Program-made: the position numbers and the translations under genes
Origin: the human T2T-CHM13v2.0 reference genome, Homo sapiens
Reading direction: 5' to 3' (one strand)
NCBI RefSeq assembly: GCF_009914755.1
Contig: NC_060934.1
DNA: 64,000 nucleotides
Shown: positions 1 to 18,175 of the stretch, piece by piece
Position numbering within the stretch: the first letter of the stretch is position 1
How the letters are laid out: every line of letters begins with the position of its first letter
Notes under the pieces: generated by a model
What the model saw: only the letters and a program-made list of their open reading frames with translations
Told to the model about the DNA's origin: nothing
The model's database searches: none

Positions 1-589
1 TCTTATGCTTTTGAAATTTTATTTTAAGAAGACCTTATCCTGAAGGAGGCCACAGAATATTCCCTACATTTTCTTTTACTAATTGTATAGTTTTATCATT
101 ATCAGATAGGTCTGCAATCCATCTGTAGTTCCCTTTTTATGTGGTAGGTAAGGATCTACTTTACCTTATTATCTTATGTTTCACTCCATAGTAAGTCTGC
201 CTTTTGCTTTGGGATTTAAACTTGAAAATCAAAAACTCTTTTGGGAGATATTTTAGGGGCCCTTACAGCATTCCATATAGTTAAATTATTTATTAGCAGT
301 ACCGTTACTTGTGTGCCCTCTGACCCTGCAACCTCTGTATGGAGTAAGGATCTCTTTTGGATATGGGGTATCCCAAACACCTAGAACTAGTGACTGGCAT
401 GTGACATTCACTCAACAGTCTTCAATGATATTTGTTGAGTGCTAGGTGAATGTAGGCTTTTTTTCCTGCAGCTAGTTAGTCATTCTAACAAAAAGCTTGA
501 AATCGTTAATAAAACCAGACTAATAGCTCTGCTGTTAACCAGCTGTGTTTCCTTGAGGAAGTCATTTTCTTTCCTTCCTCTGTAAACTA

Positions 590-2800
<2,211 letters not shown>

Positions 2801-3862
2801 TGTAATTTCTAAATAGAAAAATTTAAACCAAGAAGAAGTAAATGGGAGGCATGGAAGTTTGTTGGGGAAAATAGATGACACAGAAGGGTAAGGACAGCGG
2901 GTCATATAACTGAGAAGGATTAATTGTTCTGCATTGTCTAATCACTGTTGTACTGTTCCCTGATGACGTATATCTCAATCACAGTCAGGTCTATTGATGA
3001 CCCATTCCACTGTTTTAGGTAATTCATTTCATTCAGCAGTAATTATCATAATTTAAGTCAGCTGTTTCTTTTTGGCTATTTCTCTTTTCTTCTACTGAAG
3101 ACTTTTCTGTGCCAGATTATCAAAATGCAAAGAATATCCTAATCACATGGAAGTTACATTATTGACATGCTGTTCGCTTCTAAACATTTCTGGTAATACT
3201 ACGGAAAATTTTTTCTGCTAAGTATTGTTGTAAGTAGAATTCTATTCAGTGTTATCAAGAGGAATTTTATATCGAAGTGAAAGAGAAGACCTAGTTATTT
3301 GGCTTTTAATTCTTTTTCTCCAACAAACTGGATAAAGTATATAATTTTATTATGACCATTTTTTATAATCGAGTTAAAAATGAAAATGGAAGTTTTTAAG
3401 ATGTATATAATTTGAAAATACATGATATTACAATTTTTAACTACACAACTTATTTTGAAGGAAAATCCATTCAACAAAATTAGTAGGTTATACATCATAA
3501 AATTTGATAATCGTTGAAATTTTGTCTTAGAGTTGTGTTAATATAGATTGTGTACTAATATACTAAGAAGCATTGTACAAATAAAGTTAGATTTAGTTTG
3601 GGGCTAGTAAATGAATATTAAAAAGGAAAGTATAACATTTTAAATACTGGAATTCAATTTTAATATAAAAATTTGAAACATCCTGTTTCATTGTAAGACA
3701 TTGATTAATTCATGTTTTCAACTGGCAAACAGAGAAAAAGGAGGGAAGAGAATGTCTGAAACTGGGGTAAGAGTAAAAGGGGAACTATTAATAGTTCTGC
3801 CAGTACAACATGTAAATGCAACAGTCCAGGAAGCACAGTCCCCCTTTCATCATGAAGAAAGA

Positions 3863-4256
3863 ATGGAAGGTGGAGTGCTTTTAGTTCACGTGTGTGCCCA
3901 CGTGCGCATTGTATTCATGTATGTGTCTCAATACATACGCATGGAAGGTGGAGTGCTTTTAGTTCACGTGTGTGCCCACGTGCGCAATGTGTTCATGTAT
4001 GTGTATCAATACATACGCATGGAAGGTGGCGTGCTTTTAGTTCACGTGTGTGCCCACGTGCACATTGTATTCATGTATGTGTATCAATACATACGCATGG
4101 AAAGTGGAGTGCTTTTAGTTCATGTGTGTGCCCACGTGCGCATTGTGTTCATGTATGTGTATCAATACATACGCATGGAAGGTGGAGTGCTTTTAGTTCA
4201 TGTGTGTGCCCACGTGCGCATTGTATTCATGTATGTGTATCAATACATACACATGG
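3863..4256. repeat. 78-bp minisatellite/VNTR, 5 copies (starts 3863, 3941, 4019, 4097, 4175)
   Basis: Unit atggaaggtggagtgcttttagttcacgtgtgtgcccacgtgcgcattgtattcatgtatgtgtatcaatacatacgc repeated head to tail with few substitutions. Confidence 0.97.
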
Positions 4257-4839
4257 TATATTTCATTGGAACTTCTCTTTTTTTTCAAAAATATTTTGGG
4301 GACAATTAGAAAAAAGATACAGAATAGAAGAAGGTTATATATATCAGAAGGGGATGAGCAGGATGAGGAAGAGGAAAGCAAAGTTTAGTATATGAAATAG
4401 AGCCACAAGTAAGGCTAATATAAGAAAGACTTCTATACCTCTATAAAGTCCAACAGCCTGCTGAGGATGTGTTGCAGATTTGCCTTTCCGTTTTCTAGTA
4501 GCTAATGCAAAGGAGAAGCCTCAACATTTTAGTAATGTCCATAAAGCAAATCAGTTGCCTAGGTAAAGTGTAGCTACTTCTAATAGTACTAAAACCAGAA
4601 AGAAATCTTTAGGGTTTTCAGAAAGTTAACCATTGTCTAAGTTGCAAAGCTCGTGTCAGGTGGCAGAGTGTAGTCCTATGTCTTGAGAAGTCATGGTTGA
4701 GATTTCAGAGGCAATTTTAATTGAAATGTTATTGTTATGTAATAAACAATATGCCAAAACAGTACTCTGCTGTTACTTTTACTTTTTTCCAACTACAAAG
4801 GAAAGTGACTATCAAACTTACAATATATTTCAATTTCAG

Positions 4840-4934
4840 ATGTGAAACAACTACATTATTCTTGAACCTATGGTGATTTTTACATCATTACACAGATATG
4901 TCATTTTCATTAGTTGTATCATTGTTATAAACTG
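4840..4934 (+). other. ZMYND11: Candidate 95-nt alternative cassette exon of ZMYND11 (premature stop in main frame; alternative in-frame ATG)
   Basis: Acceptor atttcaatttcag|, consensus donor CTG|gtaagt; non-repeat sequence. Confidence 0.7.
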
Positions 4935-6153
4935 GTAAGTAAGTTTTTAAAAAGTTGGTAAAATTTGGGGATAGGTCTAATTTAATAATGTAAAAAGATT
5001 CAAGCAAGCTGTAAAATATATAATTTATAATGGCCAAAATTGAGATTTTAAATTAAAAATATTTCCTTTTTATAAAATGGAACCAAAGTTAATAAAATAA
5101 GTAGTTATATATGTCACAGTAAAAATGTTATTTTCCCCCAAATGAAAACTTTGCCTGTTATTTGAAGGGGTATCTAGGTCTCTACCTAGCTTTAAAATTA
5201 CTAAATGTTTTACTTTACCAGTTTAAATATGGTCACTGCATAAATAATAGAGATCAAAATCTAAAGTAATTATTTACAGTGTAACATTTGGGGTAATCAT
5301 AATGGAGAACATTTTTTAAAAAAAAGTATAATACCTTTACTGTTAACAAAAATATAATTGAAAGGAAGGGATTTTTTGGTTAATCCCCATAAAATCTTTA
5401 CACTGTATCTATATTCAGCAAATACTGTAAATTATTTTTAATTCAGAAATAAGGGAAATTAAGACTCAACAGTTTTGATTAAATAGAAATTATGAAAAGG
5501 GTTCATATTTTAGTGTTATGAAAACTAAAATATTTCACCTCTCGTTGGCATTTTTCCTAGAGTCACTGGAGGTCCATAAGAAGTATTTCTGTGCTTGATA
5601 TTTAGACAGTGGGACAGAACTGAAAAGAAGGATTATTACACTCTAGCCTAGGACTTTACATACAAATAGGTACTTGCATATTGCATGTTCTTTCAACTCC
5701 CATGTGAGTGTTTTTATTAATTGTGTGCCATATATCTATTTGAAATATAGATTAGAGAGATGCAGGCGCTAGGATGATGATGTCTGGTGGACCACCAATT
5801 TCACATCACCTTAATCAAATCAGGAATTGACATGATTGAAGCTGGGCTTTTAGTGTGTATGCACACCAAGCTCTTTCCAGGTTAGCTTTAAGCAGAGTCT
5901 TTCAGGATCACAACCTAGTCCGTGGGTTCTTGCCAAGGCTCCCTTTCTTGGTGCACCTGAATTACAGTTTTTGTCTCCCTGTCCCCATGAGATTGTCAAA
6001 AGCTCTGCCTAGCTTCTGAGCCTCTCACTTGCCTTTTCCAGAATTGGCAGATGCTGCTAAATGAATTATTTTTTTAGTATTTTCTTTGGTTTTTCTAGTT
6101 TTCAATGGAAGGATTGATCTGAACAACCCAATAAATTATTATTGGTAGCAGAA

Positions 6154-6282
6154 CTCTCTCTCTCTCCCTTCCCCCCTCGCTCGCTCTCTCTCCCCATTCC
6201 CCTTCCCATCCCTCCCTCCCTCACTCCCTCCCTCTCTTCCTCCCTCCCTCCCTCTCTCCCTCCGTCTCTGTCTCTTTCTTTC
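6154..6282. repeat. CT-rich polypyrimidine low-complexity tract
   Basis: (ct)n/(ccct)n run. Confidence 0.9.
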
Positions 6283-6379
6283 TGTGTATGCATGTACGTA
6301 TGTATATGCATATATAATTTTAAATCTTATCCTTATTATATACACTGTGAGCATTTTCTCATACCATTGTTGTTTTTCT

Positions 6380-6657
6380 TGGAGACAGTGTCGCCTAGGC
6401 AGAAATGCAGTGGTGCAATCACAGCTCTCTTGCAGTCTTGACTTTCTGGGCTTAAGCGGTCCTCCTGTGTCAGCCTCCTCCTTGACTGGGACTACAGGTG
6501 CATGCCACCGTGCTTGGCTAATTTTTTAAAATTTTTTTTGTAGAGACGAGGTCTTACTATGCTGCCCAGCTGGTATCAAAATCCTGGGCTAAAGTGACCC
6601 TCCTGTCTCAGCCTCCTAAAGTGCTGGGATTATAGGTCTGAGCCACTGTGGCCTGCC
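6380..6657 (-). mobile_element. AluJ
   Basis: Diverged Alu consensus. Confidence 0.9.
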
Positions 6658-6779
6658 ACAACATTGTTTTTTGAAACATTAATTTTATTAACTGCATAGT
6701 ATTCTATCAAGTGGATATACTTTAACTTATTTTACTAGTATTAACATTTAGTTCCTTTTTTAACTATAAAATTTTATGA

Positions 6780-7531
<752 letters not shown>

Positions 7532-8537
7532 GAAGCATTTTTCTATTAAGACATAAGTCTTGCCCCATCTCAAGTTATTTACTTAGAAATAGAATGGCTG
7601 TCAAGTGATAGGATTATCTGTAAGGCTGTTGATGTGTAATGCTGGACTGCTTTCTAGAAAGTGCTTTCAATAGCAGTGTGTTGAGGGTGGCTGTCTTGAT
7701 GCCTCTTTACTACATTGAGAATAATTATTTTAAATATCTTGCTGATTTAAGAAGGAAAAATTGTTTTCCTGTTTTAGTTTCGCATTTTTAGAATATAAAC
7801 TTTTTGTCATATTTGTCATAAATGTTTTTCCATTTTATTGTTTTCTTTTAATTTACAAAATGGAAATTAGTGATAATTGCTTCAGAGGCCAGAAAAAATG
7901 AGTTTCAGATGTTTGTGTCATAAAGAAATTCAACATTTCTAATCTAGTCAGGTATTTTGCATCTCCTCCTGTTATACTTCCATAGCTTTTATACTCATAA
8001 AGTCTTTTGACAGCAAGATACTAGATCAATATTCATTTAAATTTCTATCTCAAATTTTATGATTCTGATGTTTTCAGTCCTCTGAGCCAGTACACTGAGC
8101 CAGTAGGGGGCCATAAGGTACTGAAATTGGGGGGCAGTCCTAAGTCTTAAGGTGTTTATCCAGATTACCTAGAATACACTTAAAATAAATTTATGTTACC
8201 ATCAACATTGTAAAAGGCCTCTGGACTCCACAGTGGTGTGAACTATTTATGAGGGACAAGAAGACATCACAGGCATTTGTTATGTTTTTCATTGATAGAA
8301 AACACATCACTGCATTCTGTGGTGGTTCGTTCTTCCACTGGTTGTGGCTGTTTTTATACTGTTTTTATTAATGTGCTCATTTTCCAATATATTCATTTCA
8401 AATGAGATGGCAGAAGTTTCTGAGATTGAATCATTGTTAGAAGGCTTAAAAGTAGGTAATTACTTTCAGGAAATTATGACTCATGAGATTTCTTACTTTT
8501 GTAAAAATGTTAAATAATCAGTGGCTGTTACCATGAA

Positions 8538-8539
<2 letters not shown>

Positions 8540-8569
<30 letters not shown>

Positions 8570-8580
8570 TATATATATAT
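8540..8580. repeat. (CA)n(TA)n microsatellite
   Basis: Direct reading. Confidence 0.95.
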
Positions 8581-11500
8581 GTATTCGTCTTGGAACTTTC
8601 AGAATGATCTCGGGGAGGGGATCATCTCAGGCCTGTGGCTTGGAGGCACTTGAGTACTCAGCGTCCCATGGAAGCTCGCACCCTGGGAGAGAAGGGAGCG
8701 CTCTGGGGTGCCAGATGGTGGAAAGCTGTGGGAATGCAGTGGGGTGCGAGAAAATGAGGAGGAAGTTATTGAAAAAGTTCAGAGAAATTGAATGTATACT
8801 TTAATATTAGACATTTACATGCCATTTCCTGACCTGCGGTATTAAGTGAAATTAAAATAGCAGACTAGAAGGCCACTTATCAGTGTATCTCAAACCCAAA
8901 TTGTTCTGTTTTCTCTTTATTGGAAGAAGAAAAGTTCTTGTTATAGATTAAGCAGTTATAAGAAAATGAGAGACCTGGAGTATCCTTTATCTGAATGCTA
9001 ACAAATATGTTTTCACATGATGCAAACCTGCCTGAGTACTTGATGATCTAAGAAAATGAATAATGAATTGGGACCCATTGTTACATTTGAGGTATTGTGT
9101 AAATCAGCCTTCAGAGTTTATTATTAATTCCAGAAAATCTTAAGCCTTATCAAATATATTTGGCCTGTAATACGCAGTAGGATCACAGTACTCCTCTAGT
9201 TACTTAATATTTACAGTGTTCTGGCTCGGTTCTAACCTTTTGCTTTACTTTTGAAGAAAAATAGGTATGAATTTCTTTGAACTTATTTCTTAAGAACATA
9301 ACAATATATATTTTTAAAGAATAGAAGAGTGAGCAGGAAAACATAAATTCATCAGGTTTAGACATTACTTTATGAGCTTGTATTTCTTGACACAACCATT
9401 ATAAATAATGAACACGTTAGCCCTTAGATGACACTTCTAATATATACTAGATCAGTTATTCTTTATTCTAATTTGCCTAAACTCAAAACTTTCCATCCAG
9501 AAAACAAAGTTATTGACTCCTTTGTTACATTCTCAAGGTGCATCAGTATAGGAGGAAGCACTTAGTTTTGCGTTGTTGTCATTCGTGTGTGCTAGTTGCG
9601 ACTCATCCTTCAGCCATACTCTCTCCTGACCTTCATCTGTGAAAGGGCTCCCTCATTCCAACCTGCTCTTCATGGCATACATCTTTTTTAGTCCCTCAAA
9701 GACCAAAGATAGAGAACGAAATGACCAGAATGTATTGTTTTCACTGACTTTATTTCACTTTAAAATAAGAAAGTTGAGCCCAACATGCTAGGACTAACAA
9801 CAAAGCAGACCTCTTCTTGTGTTGTGTGTTAATCCATGCTCTATGGTTGTTTCTTAGTGGCTAAGAAAACCCATTGTGTGGTGAAAGTCTGTGGATAAAA
9901 ATATATCAAGGAATAATAAAATGCAGTGCCATTAAAAAAAAACACTTAGCAAACTGGAAAGAAATGTCCTCAATAAAAGTTATGCATCAAAATCCTATAG
10001 CAAGCATCATATTTGCATTTATATTTATCATTTTATATTTATAAGATATGTTTACCAATAAGCATCCTCAAGAGTCATGTTTAATGGTGAACTGTTATAA
10101 GAATCCCCTACAAAATCTAAAACAAGATAAGGATACCCACTGTTACTACGTATGGTGTGCACTTTACTAGAAGTCCTAATCAGCTTGATAAGAAACAAGT
10201 CCAATAGAATTTGCAGACAAACCTGAAACTATAAAGAGAGGTAAGCAGACTGCCCAATAAATACCAGCAACCACCAACCAGGAAATACTATATAAAATAA
10301 AATTCCATTTTAAAAAAAAACAGTAAATGTAAAATATCTAGGAAAAACCCAAAAGATATGTACAAATCTTATGGATACAAATTATAAAACCATATTAAAG
10401 ACATAGAAAAATATATAAATAAATGAGCATATGTACCAATTTCATCAGTGGATATTCTTAACTTGGTTATGGAGATTTAACTATTTTTGTGGATTTTGGC
10501 AAACTGACTTTAAAATTACTGTGGATGAATATGGGACCAAGAAGAGCCACAATGAGTCTGAAAAAGAAGGAGAGGAACTCCCTAAGGCTGGCAAGCTTAC
10601 ATGGGAGCAGGAAACTTGTATGTTCTGGAGGAATGGTAAATGGTAGCTACTTTTTTAAAAGTAAAAATCGTCTAGCTAATAGATACAAATGAAATTCCAA
10701 GGGGCATACTGTGGAAAAAAGTCTTCTCCCATCCCTTGTTCCCTGAGCCCCTCTCTGCAGTTTCTGGAAGGAATCAAGCTCTAGAACTCTTTTGTGCACA
10801 TCAGTTATACAGTGTTTTGAAAAATAGTAGTGTCTTATACCACGATTTTTTTAAAAAAATGTAATATAGAGCTTATGTCATCTTAACACCTATAACATTG
10901 CTTCATTTCTTGTGAAAACTGTGTAATAATCCTTGGTACAGTTATCAGTTATTTAACCAGTCCCCTAAGATATATATTTACATTATTTCTAATTGTTTCT
11001 TGCTGCCAGCAATACTAAAATGAATTTCCTTCCTTGTATGTGTGTTATTTCACACATGCTGAACAATTGTGTGGTTTTGTTGTCCATATTTAAATCTGAT
11101 CTATCTATAATTTATAGATACAATCTAAGGTAGGGCTCCCTCTCCTTTCCTAGGTTAGATAACCAGTTGTCCCAATGTCCTGCATTGATTAATCAGTCTT
11201 TCTACCAATAATGTGAAATGCCACTTTTACTGTAATGAAAATTCCGATTTGTTCATCTTTTTTCTTTGCATCAGTAGAATTTCAGAATTTACACAAATTT
11301 TGTCATTCTATTTCTTCCTGGAAATTTTATTTTTCTTACTGTTGTTGTAAATAATTGAGTTTTGGTCTTCTTTTCAATCACCTGTCTTTTTGGTTTCTGT
11401 ATATGAATGCTGTTAGTAAATTAGTTTGTACCCAAAGAATTTATTGAACTATATACTTAATTTAAATTACTTAAAAAAGCATATCAGCTGATTTTCTTGG

Positions 11501-12326
11501 GTTTTCTAGATACATGATTTGCAAACTCCTTATCAACTTTTATAACTAGTCCAGTTATGTTGGTTATTACCTTTGCAGAGTGTTAAGGAAAAGTGACAAC
11601 CACAGACATCTTTGAATATTCTTGATTAGGTTACAGAAGTATTTACTCATTCTTGTTTTGTTAAGGGCTAGGTATTGAATTTTCCTAAATGCCTTTCAAC
11701 GTGTTATCAAAATCTTCATGATAGTTTATTTTTGACCTGTTAATGGAGTAAACTATATTTTTAAATGTCTTCATATTAAATCTTCCTTCAATTCCTAGAA
11801 TTAGTATATTATTTTGACATTGAATATATTAATATTTATATATTTGTATTTAATATTAGATTATATTCAAATATTTTATGTAGGATTTTTATATCACTAT
11901 TTCTACAGGTCACTGATTTTCTTTGTCTATGCTGTTTTGTGGGGTTTTCTTACCATTACATGCTAGATTCCTTGCTTTCCTATGATTGTGCACTGGAAGA
12001 GTTTGAGTCTCATTGGAGTTACCTGGTCATTATAAGTTTGATAGAAGTAACTTACGAATATGTCTGTAGCTGATGTTTTTCTGGGGAAGCTCTTCGCAAA
12101 CTTCTTCTATTTATTTCTTTGGAAATTGGCCTTTTAAAGGTTCTGTTTTATTCTGTGTTCAGGTTTTGGTTATTTATATTTTCTTATAAAATCATAGTGT
12201 TTATATTTTTACACAGAACTGAACAAAGTAGTTGCTTCTATTTTAATTTCCTTTTTATATATAGCTGTCTCCCTGTAGCATTTTTTTGTATGTTTGTGCT
12301 TTGTGTCTTCACTGTGAATTAGATTA

Positions 12327-12673
<347 letters not shown>

Positions 12674-13008
12674 GGAGTTCCTGGATTCTACACATTTTCT
12701 TTTTTAACAGCATTGCTTTAGCTTTTCATTTAGATCTTTTGTAATTTTTAAGTAACTTTTTTTTTTTGACTCGGTGGTTGTTTATGAGGGTTTTCTGGTT
12801 TTGTTATTAATATCTGGTTTAATTTCACCATGATTAACAATGGCGTGTATAACTTTTGGAATCTCTTCAAGTCATCTTTGTGGTGATTTTGTGGTCAGTT
12901 GTTATGTATGTCTTCTGGACCTATTAAAGGTGTTTTTTTGGTGTCAGGATAAATCAATAGACCTGTCCTAAGGTTGTTTTTTTTTTTGTTTTGTTTCAGA
13001 ATAAATCA

Positions 13009-13350
<342 letters not shown>

Positions 13351-13786
13351 TTATTAGTTAGGTCTTCTATAGCCATACTTAGTTTTTTGTCCAGTTGACT
13401 TTTTTGTGAACTGAGAGAATTGAATTAAAATCTCATAATTTTATATTTCTGTCAGTATTTCTTTTATTTCCTATAGTTGTTTGCATTATAACTATGCTCT
13501 GTCTTTTTTAAGAATGATTTTTGCCTTGTTTTCCAAATCCTATACACTTCCATCTTGACCCCTGCTTCATTTAGGTAGCATTTTTATGATATGCTTTTTC
13601 CCATTTGTTTTCAGTCTTTCTGAGTCACTGTTTTTAAATTGTTGAGTTTAGCCCATTTGTATTTACTAAAAAGACAAACATGTCTGGTTTTGGTCTTCTC
13701 ATACGTACTACGCCTTCTGTTTTTATCACTTTATCACTACGTAACACATTTTCTTTGAGTTTCTTCAGATAGCTTAGAAATGTTTT

Positions 13787-15516
<1,730 letters not shown>

Positions 15517-15965
15517 TAAGGGTGATGTTTATATATTCAGATAGTGCACTCAGTCCCTGAGATAGTTGTTCATGACTCTGCACTGTGGGCGTCGAGGACA
15601 TTAGCACATTTTCCCCTTCAACATTGCTTGTTCTGTCAATGCAGTTAACAGAAGGACTAAGACAGAAAGAGAGGTGGGAATTATGATCAGAGAACAGAAC
15701 GTTAGCCCTGACAGTGGCAACATCTGTAACAATGAGGTGGAGAAGGAAGAAGGTGGGAGCTAGTCCAAACATGCTAGTTTTGTCACCCTTATTTCCTTGA
15801 GGACTTATGAGGCATTACTCCCCTGACTTCTAGCGTGGAATGTTTCTCTGGAGAAGTCTGAGGCCAGTCTGATTTAGCTCACACTATGTTTTTTATCTGG
15901 ATATCCAAAGATCTCTTTGAAGTTTAGTAGTTAACTGGAGATACAGGTAGATACATTGACATTGA

Positions 15966-16027
15966 TGTGTGTGTGTGTGTGTATATATATATGTATATGT
16001 ATATATATATATAGAGAGAGAGAGAGA
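15966..16027. repeat. Compound (GT)n(AT)n(GA)n microsatellite
   Basis: Direct reading. Confidence 0.93.
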
Positions 16028-16827
16028 TCAGCGTTGAGGTTTGTTTGGAGGAGAGTGGAAAATGGCACAAATCCAACTTTATAACATTTATTTCTTTATT
16101 AAACAAAAAAGATACAAAGCAAATATGCCGAATATTAACATGAGTTGAATATAGTTGGTGAATACAAGGGAATCTGCAATGTTATTCTCAGTGATCCAGG
16201 GTGTGTCGGATATATTTCACTTTTTTGTTTTAAAAAAATACCTTGTAACGGTAAATCAGGGAATGTTTGCGTGCTTCAGTGACTCAAAGTATATTTCACT
16301 GAAAATCACGTTTTTGCCTGACTGATCACAACATGCGTCCATGCTTTCCTTATATGTTGACAAGCACTCGTGTAATTTCTAAATGTTCTCTGGTGTCATT
16401 TCCTAAGTTTTAGGTAAAAGTATTACAAAATATGTTTGTAGTTCTAAGGTCCTATGGTTGGAGATTATAAAATTCTAAATGTAGAATCTGTAGAGTAGAA
16501 GTTAGTGGTAATTGCTCCCTCTGGAGGCTAAAACTAAATGGGATGTTTGACTACAGTCTCTTAAGTGATTTATATTCGCTGATTTGGGACTATTTTGAAC
16601 ATATCTTGGTCTAATCATTACAGAAGAGAATTTGAGTTTAAAATAGCATGATAATTGGAAGAGTTGCGTATTGAAGACTTTTCCTTTCTTTTCTGTTTAT
16701 CGTGTTCGTTCTTTATCTTGTTCTTTATCTCAACAGGACTCTCATAAATACAAGTCATAATGAAAGAAATTACCACCATTTTCTTATTTTCATTCATTTT
16801 TAGTTTTCAGTACTGAAAGATTTTTAA

Positions 16828-17043
<216 letters not shown>

Positions 17044-17842
17044 TGAACTTTTAGCTTTTAAACATTATTTAGATACAACCTATAGAAAATCATTTTCAGA
17101 AGTTTAATATTTCATTTTAACATTTGTATCAACATTAAGGCTCTACATTGGTAGTATGGATACTTTCCTTACTAATTATTTAGGAGATGACTCACTTTTA
17201 CAAAGATCCTGCTTCTCTATATATTACCTTGAATCTAAAAAAGAAAGCAAACCAAAGCTCTTTTGATGTACCCACACTTCATGGCATTCCTAAGTGTTTT
17301 CGTCAATAAATATTAGCAAAAAATGTTTCCATGCCAGATAATGTTGATGCCATCTAGACAGATAGAAGGGGATGAACCGTCTTCCTAGGGAAACAGCCTC
17401 AGTTCAGGTAGGATGGTATCACAGCCCAAAGGCAGGCTTCAGTAGGAATTTTGTGGCAGAGTACAAAGGTTCCAAACGTTAAGTTCTCCTGGCCAGTGCC
17501 TACGTTGACTAATGACAATTGCAAGTTTTGTGTACTGGAACAGAAATCAAATAGGAAAGACAGAACATTAATTCTCTTTACGTTTTTACCTAGTTCTCAC
17601 TTTGACTCCTCTTTTAAATGTTGATATTTTAATCTTCTTCTCTTTCCTTTCATTATGTACCTTTAAACTCAGAGGCACATATCGAAGTACATTTTTTTCT
17701 TACGTAAAGATTGATTTCATGTGTAATATTTCTATCTTCCTACCTTATTTTATTTTGCTGTTTCTAATACCTTGATTTAAAATGTGTTAATTTTTACAAG
17801 GGAACATCATTTAAGATGATAGGTTTCAAATGTAACAGATGT

Positions 17843-18175
17843 GGCCAGGTGTGGTGGCTCATGCCTGTAGTCCTAGCACTTTGGAAGGCTAAAGCAGGAG
17901 GATCACTTGAGCCCAGGAGTTCAACACTAGCCTGGGCAACATAGCCCCCATCTCTACAAAAAAAAATAAAATACACAACCCCATCTCTACAAAAAAATAA
18001 AAAATTAGCTGGGTGTGGTGGCACATGCCTGTAGTACCAGATACCCAGGAGGCTGAGGTAGGAGGATCACTTGAGCCCAGGAGTTTAGGGCTGCAATGAG
18101 CTATGGTCATGCCGCTGCTGTACTGTAGCCTGGGCGACAGAGCAAGACCCTGTCTCCTAAAAAGAAAAAAAAAAA
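17843..18175 (+). mobile_element. AluJ with duplicated ccccatctctacaaaa linker
   Basis: Alu consensus. Confidence 0.92.

Noticed and set aside
3863-4256. CRISPR-like array interpretation of the 78-bp repeat
   Set aside because: Units are contiguous and near-identical with no unique spacers; no cas genes; eukaryotic intron
3701-4395. 202-aa and 167-aa ORFs as novel repeat proteins
   Set aside because: Open only because the VNTR period is a multiple of 3; non-ATG starts (TTG/GTG); no independent coding evidence
3755-4415. Isolated donor-like sites (ggg|gtaaga ~3767, caa|gtaagg ~4410)
   Set aside because: No convincing paired acceptor or promoter visible
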